Below, in pieces: positions 14,843 to 28,044 of a stretch of 64,000 nt of DNA (its first letter is position 1; each line of letters begins with the position of its first letter). The translations under genes were made by a program, and so were the position numbers. The stretch comes from the human T2T-CHM13v2.0 reference genome, Homo sapiens: the NCBI RefSeq assembly GCF_009914755.1, contig NC_060927.1; one strand, 5' to 3'. The notes under the pieces were generated by a model that ran no database searches, was not told where the DNA came from, and saw nothing but the letters and a program-made list of their open reading frames with translations.

Positions 14843-15569
14843 AGGAAGTGTCAATGTGGATAGGTGGGGTTCCTTATTCTATCTTCTTGTGGAGACCGCA
14901 GGCCCAGAAATGACTGAGCTGTCCACACTCTTCACTTATTCTGAGAGCATGCATGATGATAGACAATTTGGGATAAAGGGTTAGGATGGCCACAGCCCAT
15001 GAATTCAAGTTGAATCTGCTCTCCAGGGCCCTACCTCTGAATGCCATCTAGCCTCTGTATGTACTCGACCCTGTGGGTCTCCACGGGATACCTTGGCACA
15101 GCTGAATAAGGTACTTCCTGAACATATGGGATTACTTTTTTAATGATCCAAAGAATACCTAGTGAAAAGAATTCAATAATTAATTGTAAATGCCTCATTT
15201 GAATACTTACTGATCAAGAAAATCATGTTGAATATCCTAATATGCCTATTATGAGTTTTGAATATTGTCCAAAAGGGAATGCCGTGGTTACTGGAGGTTG
15301 AGGTAAGAAATTAAATTGGCAAATTTCTTTGTAATGCAAGAAATCTTCTCATCCTAAAAAGAAATGAATATCCTCATTCTCTAAAGACAGACAGACAGCT
15401 GACATTAGGTGGTGGTATAGGATTTAAGTAATATCTATATTTACATAGTCATGAATATGTAACTTATAAAATGTATATCCTACATTTTACTTATTTTTAG
15501 GAGACTTATATAATGCATATATCAAGTAATTAAATATTGCTATCCGGAACATGAGAACTATCAGTTTTA

Positions 15570-16530
15570 AGAAATGAGTTACTGAGGTAAAATTCATATA
15601 ACATAAAATTAACCATTTTTATTTGAACAATTCATTGTATTTAGTATATTCACAACTTGTTCAACCACCACTTAAATCTATTAATAGTTCTAAAACATTT
15701 CCCTCACCTCAAAGCTAAACCCTTTATCCATTAAGCACTTTCTCTCTAACCCCTTCTTTCACCAGAACGACATTCTGTCTCTAGCAGTTTATGAATTCTG
15801 GATATTCATATAAAATGGAATCACACAATATGTGACCTTTGGTGAGTGGTTTCTTTCAGGCAACAGAATGTTTCTGAAATTCATCCCTGCCTAGCATTTG
15901 GGCTGTTTCACCTTCTTGCTACTGTGAAAGTGCTGCTGCTGAAACGTGTGTACCTGTGCTTATTTAAGTATCCATTATCAGTTCTTTGGGTACATACATA
16001 AGAGTAGAATCCTAAGATCATGTGATAATTCTATGTTTAACTTTTTGAGGAACTGACACTGTTTTCCACAGCAGCTGACCCATTTTGCATTCCCATAGCA
16101 ATGAGGGCTCCAATTGGCCCACATCTTTGCCAACACGTGTTACTGTCTGTTGTTGTTATTTTTATGGTTATTACAGTGATCCCAGTGTGTAAGAAGTGGC
16201 CGCTCACTGTGGTTTTGATATGCATCTTGCTGATGAATAATGATGTTGAGCACCTTTTCATTTGCTTGTTGGCCATTCTTATACCTTCTTCGGATAAATG
16301 TTTATTCAAGTCATTTACTTATTTTTCCATTGGGTTGTCTTTTTGATGTTGGAGTTCTAAGGGTTCTTTACATAATCTGGATATAAGACCTTTGTAAGAT
16401 ACAAGACTTACAAATATTTACTCCCATTCCACAGGTTCCCTTTTCACTCTTTTTGTAATGTCTTTTGATGCACACAAGTTTTAAATTTTGATGCAGTCTA
16501 ATTCATCCTTTTTTTTCTCTTGGTGCATAA
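15570..16530 (-). mobile_element. L1MB-like 3' end (3'UTR plus ORF2 C-terminus)
   Basis: 'gaggtaaaattcatataacataaaattaaccatttt' is an antisense L1M 3' end. ORF 16037..16309 (-) is a degenerate ORF2 C-terminus (MANKQMKRCSTSL...CWQRCG). Confidence 0.85.
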
Positions 16531-16819
16531 GTTTGTTTTTTTTTTTTTTTTTTTAAGTAACACACATACCACATTCATACAAATGGAAAACAGGCAGTCA
16601 TTCTTGAAAATGGGATAATGGGATAATCCTTCAGAGTATCAGGATGCATATTCATAAGCATATAATCAGTTTTTATTTTGCCTAAATATAGTCTTCATTA
16701 ACTGGAAAAAATTTATAGCATTGTTACTTTTATCATATACTTGTAATCAAAATGAAATAAAGATAGAAGGATATATAGTATCTCTCTCTAAGGTACATAA
16801 TATAAAATATAAGATTCTT

Positions 16820-17200
16820 TTATTTATTCATGCATCAAATATTTTTGAGTACCTAAAATATACTATGATTATAAGACAGAAAATTTCCAACCTCCATTGA
16901 GCTTATATTCCAGTAAATAAATGCAAACTAATGAAATAAACAAAAATAAATAAATTCAGGTAGTAAATACCATGAAAAAATAAAATAGGGTAATGACTCA
17001 ACAGGTGAACTATTTTTACTAGGGCTACTGAAAATGTAACAATTGAACTGAGATGTGTATTACCATAAGAGACACCTAAGAGAGAATCATTCCAGGCTGA
17101 GGAAATTACCAAGGCAAAGTTTTGAGGTGCAAATGAACATTGAATTTTCCAGTGATAGAGAAAGGGCCACTATGGCTCATGGAGAACATGAAGTTTACCT
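16820..17200 (-). mobile_element. L2 3' fragment
   Basis: 'tttattcatgcatcaaatatttttgagtacct', 'gagcttatattccagt', 'gagagaatcattccaggctgagg'. Confidence 0.65.
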
Positions 17201-18045
17201 TGGAGAAGACAGTGGTGGACCTGATACGTAAAAGAAAAATGCCTGTCATTTGCTTAAATGGAGATTACCCGCCATCTAAATAACTAGAGTTATTCAATAA
17301 CCATTTACTGGGCAGGAGGCTGGGCATTTAACAATCTGATATTTGTTCAGAGTAAAGGAGAAGAATTGGGGGTGGGGAGTGGATCTGAGAAGAGATATAT
17401 AAAATATAAGAGACACCACCTTTATTCTTTATGGAATTGTAATCCAGTAAGAATTTTCTAAAAACTCAGCTAACCATAACACAAGGCAGAGAAGAGTTCA
17501 ATTAAATATGGAGGTTTAAATCAGAGAAGTTTCTTAATCTAGTATTTGAAGTATAAGCAGGATTGCTATAGTTGTAAGAAAATATATAAATCAAAGGGAA
17601 ACAAAGCCCAGAGACAAGAATGAGCAAGGCGGGTCTGGGAAATGGAGTTGTGCATTGGAGATCAGAAGGTATTTGGAGAAAACACGTAGGATATAAAGAC
17701 AATGGCATTAAAGCTGGAACCTATGTGTTTTATGGCTTTTTAATTAAAACAGATGCAGCACTCATTTATTTCTTATTTCCCCAACAGAATCCAACTCTGA
17801 ATCTGAGGTTTGCTTGAAAACACCAAAGAAATATCGAGGACCAGTTCTCCATTCTAATTAGCTCTCTAAGACCTGGAGGCTCTCTGGGACACAAGTCAGT
17901 GGGACTTCAGTTTCATAGACTTTATGCCCATGAAGAGCCAGTTTTTGAAGATTCTCTAATAACTTGAATTCTCAAATTTAGATTATGAACTCTTATCATA
18001 AGATTCTAATTCAACTATCAAGCTGAGACAAATTAAATCTGTATC

Positions 18046-18500
18046 TTTGGTAGGCAGAATTCTAATATGGTCTCCAAGATTCCGACTCTCCAGCATACAT
18101 ACCTTGTATAATTGTCTTCACTTGAGTGAGCCTCCAAGTTGTGAATATAATGGGACAGTCTCTCATTCGATTCTGTTACATTACATGGCAAATGGTGAGG
18201 GGATAGGCATTTCTGTGATTATGTTATCTTACATAAGATTCTATTGTAGCCCACCAGAGAGAAGGAAGACAGAGAGATGTGCTGCTGCCAGCCAGGAAAA
18301 AGCAAACATCCATGTTGCCTAAGGGGGCCGTGGAGCAGGGATCTGAATGTAGAATGTGGCTGACAGCTAGAAGAAGCCGGGGAGCTCAGTCACACAGCTA
18401 CAAGGAAGTGAATCCTGCCAAAGTCTGTAAAGTTGAAAGAGAACCCCAAGCCTCAGATTAAGCGGCAGCCTAGGTGGACACCTTGATTTCAGCTATGTGG
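18046..18500 (+). mobile_element. MLT1E/F-like MaLR LTR, 3'-truncated
   Basis: 'tggtaggcagaattctaatatggtctccaagattcc', 'cacagctacaaggaagtgaatcctgcca', 'acaccttgatttcagc'. Confidence 0.7.
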
Positions 18501-18621
18501 TTATGGGGCAAATTGTTGTATCTGGACTTCTCAGTTTCTGCAAAAGGAGTGGAGTCTTTTTTCCTTCAATATTAACATAGTGAGGAATTCCTAAACCTAG
18601 GAAGTGTGTTCCAATACTGGG

Positions 18622-19009
18622 TGTTATGGGCTGAATTTTGTCACTTCAAAATTCTGGTAATGAAGTCCTAATCCCCAGTATCTCAGAACGTGTCTCTATT
18701 TGAAGATAAGGTGTTTAAAAAGTTAATTGACTTAAAATGAGGTCATAAGAGTGAGCCCTAATCCAACATGACTCACGTCTTCTAAGAGGAGATTAGGACA
18801 CAGACACACACAAAGGAAAAACCATGTAGAGAGACAGAGAGAAGACAACCACCCATCAACATACCACAAAGAGGTCTCAGAAGAAATCAACCTCGCTAAC
18901 ATCTTGATCTCACACTTCCAGCCTCCACAGTTGTGAGAAAATAAATTTCTATTGTTTAGGCCACCCAGTCTGACATGGTTTGTTATGGCAGCCCTAGCAA
19001 ACTAATACA
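18622..19009 (+). mobile_element. MLT1B-like solo LTR
   Basis: TGTTATGGGCTGAATT...AACTAATACA termini. 5-bp TSD CTGGG / ATGGG (one mismatch). Confidence 0.85.
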
Positions 19010-20626
19010 ATGGGCAACTAAACAAGTGACAGTTATCCTCTGCACAATCCATATTAGGGATGAGGAGTTTGAAGACCTGGAAAATGTGACTTAGTCAATG
19101 TCACATAAATTTTGCCAAAAAAAAAATGAAAGCATTGCATTTTTAACTAGAGTAAGCATACAATCTATTATCCTAACTGGTATATTTTGGAGAATGTTTT
19201 TGGTACTGTGAATAATTATGATGGGACAAGGGTTATAAACCAGGTTGTACATGTAATAAAAAGTATCCTAGGCTCCCTGAAAAAGCAAGCAGTTCTCTCT
19301 TCAGTGGGTTTTGTTTAAAATACTGTATTTTACCTGGAATTGAAGATGTATAATAAATTATTAACAGGATGTTGCCAAATCCTATTGCCTCCTTTGTGTG
19401 TATCCAAAGGAGAAATTTCTAATTTTAGTACCAAAAATAATTGTACTTCTCCTGAACAATTAATTGGCTTGGTTTATCTTTTGTAGACTATAGAGGGTAC
19501 AACTGACTTTATTTCCACCTTCAAGTTAGGTTGCTGGGAAGCTTAGCCCAAATTTGCATACTGATGCAAATGTAAAGATCAGCAAAATATGCCATTTTCT
19601 TAGTCTCATTTCCTGTTGTCATCTTTTTTTAATTTTCCTTTCACCTCTGCCTTTTTTTTTAAAATCTTGTAATGTTTTAGGTATCCTTGTAAGCCACCTT
19701 AAATCTTCTGGAATAAAATTACTTATATAAACCAATCAATCACTCAACAGTCTGATCTCATTCACTATCACTGTTCAAACTTTCTTTTGCTGCTCTATTC
19801 CATTAAGAAAATCTACAAATATATTCCGTCTCATTAGATCATCCTGTTTGCACGCTACGTGTTTATAGCTAGTAGGTTTCCAAGCCTACATTCAGTCACG
19901 TGGAGTTCTTAAGGTTGGATACAAATGTAGAAATATAGGAACTACCTGGAAGAAGCCCACATTGAATTGTAATATCTGCACATAGTTTTTTAGTTAAAGT
20001 AAATGAAAAGTAATTTTTTCTCCTAAATAAAAACTGTACAATTATATGATTTAAAAAAAAAAGAACATTTTCTAAACTATAACAACACTATAGGTTGTAA
20101 TTATAATGTGCCACTTTACTGAAATTATCCTGGATCAAAAAGAATAATTCTACATTTATTACATTGTACTCTGTGTACCATTACTAAATACAGAATTTCA
20201 CATTGGTCTACTCCAGACATACAACTGTTGAAATATGGGAAAATGAGAGCAATTCATTGGCATGATTTCAACAAAGAGTTCTTGCTGTGTTATTCTTCCT
20301 GGTTACATTTTTTCTCAGACATTTAATTGTAACACACCTGCCTTATTTCTCAGAGATACACAGAAACAGGATCTCCTAGTGTGTTTGGTTTTGGACTAGG
20401 ACTAAATGAGCACCAGCATTTCCATTGCAAGTCTACCTTGGATAGCTACCCCCTACTTCTAATTTCAGCTAGATAAAGAAAGAGAAGTAAACTTTGCTAT
20501 ATCCCTGCTTTCATTCGGCAACACACAGGTTTTGAGACTTTCTTATATTCAGTTTTTGGGGAAACTATGTGATGCAGTATGCCTGAATGTTAAGTACACA
20601 CTGCAAAATATGAATAAGAAGGAAGT

Positions 20627-21116
20627 CATTATGGACTCAATTGTGTTCCTCCAAAATTTATATGAAGAAGCTCTAGCTTGCAATCTGACTATATTTGGAG
20701 ATAGGGCCTTTGATTAATTTTAAATAAGGTCATGAGTGGAGCCCTAATTCAGTAGTTTTTGTTATTCCTCATACGAGTTAGTTGTTGACTGGGAGCTGCA
20801 AAGATTAAAAAAAAAAAGTCATCCTTCATGGATGTTCCTGATCTTCCAACGTGGTTTCTTTTAACTGCATATTTCAAAACACACATTTAAATACACATGT
20901 ACACTGGGAAAGCTGAAGGACAGAGAAAAGGCCACATGAGGGCATAGCGAGAAAATGACCACCTACAAGCCAAGGAGAGAGGACTCAGGAGAAACCAAAC
21001 AGGCTGACACCTTGACCTTTGACTTCCAACCTCTAGAACTGTGAGAAATAAGCTTCTATTTTTTAAGCTACCCAGTCTGTGGTATTTTGTTAGGGCAGCC
21101 TTAGCAGACTAATGCA
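20627..21116 (+). mobile_element. MLT1A0-like solo LTR carrying a ~145-bp non-LTR insertion
   Basis: 5' part 'tatggactcaattgtgttcctccaaaattt...gccctaattcagtag' and 3' part 'cagagaaaaggccacatgagg...cagccttagcagactaatgca'. The segment 20760-20905 is a copy of 21278-21421. Confidence 0.85.
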
Positions 21117-21421
21117 GAGAGAAAATAAGACTAATGAAATATACATTCATAATGATTTTATTTAATACTATGCAAATTACCTTACATTTGAAATCTAATG
21201 ACAGATCTAAGAGTAGGCAGGCTATGTGTTCTCAAATTCCTTTTATAAAGGAGAATATAGAGGAAAAACCATTTATCTGTTATTACTCGCACGAGTCAGT
21301 TGTTAACTGGAAGCTGCAAAGATTAAAAAAAAAGGCATCCTTCATGGATGTTCCTGATCATCCAACACGGTTTCTTTTAACTGCATATTTTGAAACTCAC
21401 ATTCAAATACACATGTACACT
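20760..21421 (+). repeat. Dispersed direct duplication of ~145 bp (20760-20905 and 21278-21421), about 90% identical
   Basis: Manual alignment gives 14 substitutions plus a 2-nt difference in A-run length. Confidence 0.95.
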
Positions 21422-22484
21422 TGTTTATCTACATAGAAAATGACTGATTTTATTTGGCCCTATGTGATTCTTTTCACCCAGATATAACATAGAACTATTG
21501 GCACTGGAAAAATATCTTCATTCCTATGCTGCTTTGATAAGGTAGACTTAAAATAATGGCAGATACCTGTCCCCATGACGTTACAGGGCCTTACTTCAAG
21601 GATTCAAGAGTGCTCTGAGAATTACAGAGGTCTTTTATTTAAATCCCCACAAAGTAGACGAAGAGTGACAAACTTTTGTAATGGATCCAAGACAGGGAGA
21701 TAAAAGTTGAAAACAATCGGTGCAACAGAGTAAAACAAAATGCCGCATGATATATGTTGAACACACCAATCACTGTAAGCCGGCACTAATTTACTTCCAG
21801 CCTTCTAGATGTATTTGTATTCATTATATTCAAAATGAGTATGTTAAAAATTGTAATTTAAATTCTGTTTTGGATGACCAGCCACTTGCTTATGATTTGA
21901 TACATTGTGACACTTTTCATTTTTTATAACAATGCTCATGGAGCCATTTTTAATTGTACTGTAAAAAGACTTAATTTGGCCCAGACAGCGATGAAACACC
22001 ACTTTCTGAGTAGGCAGAGTTCTGTCCAGTTTTTATATCTTATTTACCTCTGACAGGAGTTGCCAACAGGGGCAAACCAAATACATTAGAGCTGGCTGCT
22101 GTTGTGTCATCTTACATAAAGAATGAGACCTTTTTTTAAAATGAGAAAGCTTATTTTTGATAGTTTAGGGGGAAAGGTTATCAGTATTTGAGAACTACTT
22201 GTATGTTTGGTTTAAATATCAGAAGCAAAATGGAAGGATTTGACCAATTTTAACAAAATTTCAAAAAGAAATGAGTTTATAAGTTGGAGTTTAATAGCAG
22301 CAAAGTATTAAAAGTAGATTAAGCTTTAATGAGCATAAAGGACTAGGCACAGGAACCAGATTTTTATCCACTTTGACACTAGAATCTTTAGAATCAAGTG
22401 AGAAGAGGCCTAGATTGCCTAGGGCATGGCACCCCTGTTCTATGTGTTTTCCCTGGAAGGATGGAACTAGAAAACCAGGCACCA

Positions 22485-23190
22485 TTTATGACCCTTCCCT
22501 CTACCCCTTCCCTATATCTATTTCATCCAAAAATGTGGTTGGTTTCCATTTTCTCTGCCAATTACCTGGACTTCTACAAGAGCCATTTATTGGTCTCCTT
22601 ACTTCCTCTCTTGTTTTTGCCTTAACCCCCTACCAGACTGAAACCAGACTAAAGCACTAATCTGGTCATGGACATTAAAAGCTTTTCATAGATTCCCAAT
22701 GGTCCCAGGACAAGCACTGCAACCTTTCACATGACCTACCTGGCCTGAGTGGTCCAGCACCTCCCCTCATACCACGCTTCTTCCCCACTCTGTGACATAG
22801 CTACACAGGTTTCCTTTCAATTATTTAAAATAACTTTCTTTCCTTCTGCATGGAACTTTTTACATCCAGTTCCTGCTCTTAAAACACTGCCCACCAGTCA
22901 CCTTCATCTAATTAACCTGAACTCTTGGTTCACATCTCTGCTCAATCATCATGTCCTCAGAATAATTTCATATTCAAAGTAGGCCCATTTCTTCTTATCA
23001 CGTGCTCTCAAAGAACCTCGTACTTCTCTGTCCTACCAGTTTTCACAGCTACAATCTTGCTTTTATATGACTATAACATGCATGCTCAGCTACACCACTG
23101 TAGACTCATGTACACTGTCCTATTCCAGAGCCTAGCATAGTAACTTGAACATAGTTGGTTCTCAGTCATTTCATTAAAAGTTAATAAATT
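22485..23190 (+). mobile_element. L2 3' fragment
   Basis: 'ttacctggacttctacaagagcc...ttggtctccttacttcc', 'ttccttctgcatggaac', and the end 'ccagagcctagcatagtaacttgaacatagttgg'. Confidence 0.7.
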
Positions 23191-26100
23191 TTACCTTGGT
23201 ACATTTGGCGACTCATTAAAAATTTAAAACCTTTAGCTTTGTTCCCTCTCATTCTAACATAATTCGGTACACATAGTAAGCACATGCAATTTTTAATGAA
23301 AATTTCTATACCCTAGGGAAACATGATACATTCTTAATTTACATCTTAAAGAACGTCAGTGATATGAACTGAGGTACTTACATATGTCTTATGGTATTTA
23401 GATATTGGTGTATTTCTTTTAATTATTATTTTAATTGTCTTTCTTATTGAGTCCCCTCTTAAGTGGAGTTTAAACAGTTATGCAGCTATATTAATTAAAA
23501 GATTATTTTGTCCCAAAAGTCAAAGCTTGAATTTTGTCAATAATCCTTTATGTATTAATTACACACGAAGTTCTAAGAAACATAATCTTGCTTTAAGAGA
23601 TGTGGCTTGTCAATTTAGCCCAATTCCAGTGTTAGCAAATATTATATAGAGATTTTTTTAAAAGAAACAATGAGCATATCCATTTTGAAGTATGTAGTCC
23701 CATAGTAAAGAAGATAAAAGGCCAAAATATTGTTCTTAATAATATAAAGAGTCTAAAAAATAGATCAGTATGAATTTGCAATGCTTTTCAGTTAATATAT
23801 ATTTTAGTTGAGTTACATTTATTTGAGCATGATTAACCGACTTAGGTTAGAAAGCAGTGCAGATATTTGTTTGGGCTAAGAATAAACAGAAGAGATAGGG
23901 CTTTAAACAGATTTTAGGTTTGCAGTCCTTGAAGCAAATGGAATGCTGTTATGGGTTTCACATTCATGTTGCATAAGACAGGTTAACTTGTGTTGTCATT
24001 TAGTTTTCTCTGTTTTTATCTGCATCTTATACCATCCTCCTTATTTATATGGACCATATATGTTATTTATATGGTCCTTTTGCGATAAGTACTTTTAAAT
24101 CAAGTCATAAATTCTGTACTCATTTAATTATTTGACATTTGGGACATTTTCTTTTCTTACCTCCCTCCTTATAGGGTTCATAAAATGAGTGTTTTATTCA
24201 TAAACTGGCAAAGAGAATAAATTATGTTGTTACCATAATTTCACAAGGAAGTTACAATTTACAGATAAAATTTCACAATAACCCAATATTCTGATCTGTG
24301 TTTGAAATGTAGGCCAGAATTTCACTGTTTTTCATTAGTGAAATATTCATTCCTCCATGTCCAGAGGAAAAATACATTTTGTCTTCCATGTAGAGCTTAT
24401 GCTACTGAATTTAGTAATTCCTGATAAGTCTCATTACAGCAAGCCCACCTTGCGCTGAGTTGGGTTAACTTAATTGTGGCTATCTTTACCCATGTTAACA
24501 GCAACACTGGAAATAATTTAATATAGTCTGGGGCACTTCACCCATTCTGTGAACTCCAGATAAGTCCCAGATGAGCTACAGAAAGGAAGCAATATATGAT
24601 CAGGCAGGAGGGCTACACTTATTAACAGCAAGTGTTCAGACTGCTACTGGGTAGCAGAACACAAACTGCATAAATGATCCCTTCTCTCATTCATTTCCTG
24701 GCTGTCTGACTATGTCTGTTGTTCTAATGCATATGCAATGGCCACTCGTGTCGCCATAAAGCCCATTATTGTTTCTTCTTAAGGTTGACAATTTTTGATG
24801 TTTTTCATTTTGTAAGCTTTTGTCTGCCCAAGAGGTGGACATTACTATTATCATTTTGTAAATAACACAAATAGGTTAATTTTGACCTATGCTAGATGTT
24901 AGGATTCTTAACCTGGATCTTGGGACTGTAGACCCATAGGTGGTGGAGAGACTGTGAATCCAAAGATTTAACTTCTTCTTCCTACTTGGTTACATGAGGG
25001 AGAGCAGGGCTTTTGACACTCAGGACTCATTCCCTCTTCTAAGTTTGTCCTCAGTGGTCCCTAAGACTCTTCTATTTTGAACACTCTCTGTTTCTATAAA
25101 GCAAGCTGCAATTTAAAAAAAATCACACATGTGTAAATTTTTTAGGTCTATAGGCTATTTCTGTACCACTAAGCCTTTGCTAACACATCCTTTCATTTGA
25201 CCTCCTTTCAGAAAATAATCACTACCCTGCATCTTTTCTAATTGCTCCATTTGCCTTTTTTAATGTTACAGGTAAACCAGCATTAAAGGAGCTGTAGCTT
25301 TCTCTTCATTTTTTTTTTCCCACTGCTATTGGAGATAGTTGTCTCAAAGGTCAAGTTAACTCCTAAATTAGCTGGGCAAACATCGTATCTATAGGCCATT
25401 TAAAAGAAGCACTAATGTCTCTACCTGAAGAACAGAATTGGGTCATCAGCTACATTAGTACATCATAGGCAATTTTTCTTTCACATGCTGGAAAAGAGGA
25501 AAGAGGCACTAGAAATGCAAAATCTTCCATGATTAGTTTGTGCTCTGGAAAGGAAAATGTGGACCTCTGAAGTGATTAGTTTGTGAAACATTACCTTTAA
25601 AAGCTCTGTAAATCATGACAAGTTTTGCAGATGCTCCTTAATTCTGATACCCGAAAATCATCATGGAAGTTATGGATTTTACAATACCCGAACATCCAAG
25701 TGGAAACGATTCTCAAGGCTCACTACCGTGTGCCTCCAGAGCTGGCACATGCTTTGTCAAAGCCCTCAATGCCCTCCTTTCCCATGAAATATGAACAAGG
25801 AACTCCTAAATCTCATCATGACTCACTGTTGATTTTAAGCTGCTCAAAATTCAAATGCTACTGAATTTAATAAAATTTTTTAAAAATTATAACATTAATA
25901 GGGCAATTTAAGGTAGACTCCAGTTTTTGGAGATGCACATTATTTTCAGGTGTTTCATTTCTTCTCTGCCTAGTTAATTTTATGAGTTCCTTGTCTATTA
26001 TCACCAAGGAGGACTATGACTACTGGAGAACGCACCATTCTTCTCTGTACTCAGAGGGGAAGGAATGACCAGTTTTAGAACCTACGGGATTTGAATCTAT

Positions 26101-26399
26101 TATAAAAATAAATAGAAAGAAATATGGGTGAAATAAAGCAAGAGCAGTTAAAGGACAGTTGAAACTTAGGAAGGAAGGACCTAAACTTCTCCAACAACAA
26201 ATAAGACAGAATCCATTGGCACTACTCACTTAGTAGAAATCATGGTGAGAAGATATAAAAGAGAAAAAATTAGATAAATAGATAGATAGATTGAAAAATG
26301 CCATAGTAACATTTAAAAAGAGTTGTGAACAGGAAAACGGAAGCAAAACTAACCATATCGAAATAAAGACCTAAATAAGACTTCAAAGCAATAGATTCA

Positions 26400-26454
26400 T
26401 TTAATTGATTTTAATTAAAATCAATTAAAATAAATTGATTCAATTTATTTTAAT
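26400..26454. repeat. Two overlapping AT-rich palindromes
   Basis: TTTAATTGATTTTAA|TTAAAATCAATTAAA (26400-26429, perfect, no spacer) and ATTAAAATAAATTGA-T-TCAATTTATTTTAAT (26424-26454). Confidence 0.9.
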
Positions 26455-27449
26455 GTGCCTAGTAATTAGCTCAGTGCATGACTCATAGTTAAGGGTTAAA
26501 TTGACACATGAATGAATAAATAAATGAATGTTTCTAACCTAAGCTAAAGAGATCATTTATTTTAATAAGTTCTATGCCTTAAGAACAAAAAAAACTTGCT
26601 TATAATGTTTTTAAAATATATACTCCACTGTGTTTCCTAAAGTTTTCTACAACATACAAACCAAGAACTGTTGATATTTGTAGTAGAGAGTTTGTATATA
26701 TTTTGTTCATTAAATAAGAATGAGAGGAGGAAGGGTGATAGAGAGGGATAAATATCCCAGTGAGAACGTGAAGGTAGACATGAGGAATGTGAGGGCTGTT
26801 GCCCCAGGGTTTGAAGCCAACATAAACATTAAAACCATTTACCACATTCTGACATTAAGCTCCTTAATTGCAGCGTCCAGAAAGGTGACGAGATGTGAGG
26901 CAAAACTTCTGCTGCTTTCTTCTTATAGAATATGCTACAGGTTTCCTTTATAAATCTTGTGTCAATTGGTGATCACTTAGCTCAAAATAAGACCAAACCA
27001 AAATAAATAAACCACTTAGCTTGTTATGACCATAACATTCTCTCCCATAAAAAAAAAAATTCACTCCAGATTGTAGCCTTTCCTCTTATAAGACAACGAT
27101 CTGCTGATGAAGCTACATTTCTCAAAATATTTCACCTCAGCCACTGAGAAAATCCCTTCCCATCAGTTCTGTCATCACCACGCACAGGTGAGGCAGCATG
27201 GTGGCATGGGTAAAAGTACTGGCTCTAAAGCCAAATCTGTCACCAAGTTCCCACCAGGATTACATGAATGACTAACGGAAATTATGTAGAGTGAGCTGCA
27301 AGGCACATAGTAAGCATGCAATCAATGGTAGAATTTATTAATATTGTACTAACCCAGTCTTCATGTGCAATATCTACTGATGTAATATATCACTTTATCT
27401 GTTGGTGGTACTTTTATTCTGAAGAGCACTTTCACATGCATTATTGAAT

Positions 27450-27665
27450 TTGGGAGGCAAGGATGCATCTAGTTAGCAGTTTAACCTCAAACAGTCCTGT
27501 TTTGAACCCTGATACCATTTATCTTCATGACCATGGGTAAAGTCATTCAACTTCTCTGAACCTCAGTTTTCTAATAAGTAAAATTAAGATTATAACAATT
27601 CTTGTTTTATATACTAGTTGTAAGATACAAAGGAAATGCTTACCATAATACCTGTATTTATCGTG
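27450..27665 (+). mobile_element. MIR
   Basis: MIR core 'gggtaaagtcattcaacttctctgaacctcagttttctaataagtaaaat'. Confidence 0.7.
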
Positions 27666-27672
27666 GTATGTT

Positions 27673-28044
27673 GTCTTTATCTGTTCGGGCTGCTATCATA
27701 AAATGCCTTGGACTGGGAAATTTAGAAACCAAAGAAATTTATTGCTCACAGTTCTGGAGACTGGGAAGTCCAAAACCTAGGTGCCAGCAGATTTGGTGTC
27801 TGGTGAAGGCTTGCTCTCTACTTCCTAAATGGTACCTTCTTGCTGCATTCTCACATGGCAGAAAAAATGAACAAGGCCCCTTAGGCCTCTTTTATAAGGG
27901 CAACTGTAATGAATATTCTTACCTTTATGGAGCCCTATGACCTAATCACCTCCTGAAGTCTCCACCTCTATTGAGTTGCAGTGGGGCTTAGGTTTCAACA
28001 TATGAATTTTGAGGTGGGAGGACACAAACTTTCAGACAATGGCA
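27673..28044 (-). mobile_element. MaLR LTR (MLT1A/MSTD-like) inserted at the end of a MIR
   Basis: 'tgtctttatctgttcgggctgctat', 'tttattgctcacagttctggagactgggaagtcca', 'tttcaacatatgaatttt...acacaaactttcagac'. Confidence 0.8.

Noticed and set aside
16532-16800. Poly(T) followed by unique sequence as a processed pseudogene
   Set aside because: No correctly placed poly(A) signal on the minus strand, no convincing TSD and no recognisable parent mRNA.
20760-21421. The 145-bp direct repeats as LTRs of a small new element
   Set aside because: There are no TG..CA termini or TSD, and the intervening DNA is simply the 3' half of the host LTR plus flank.
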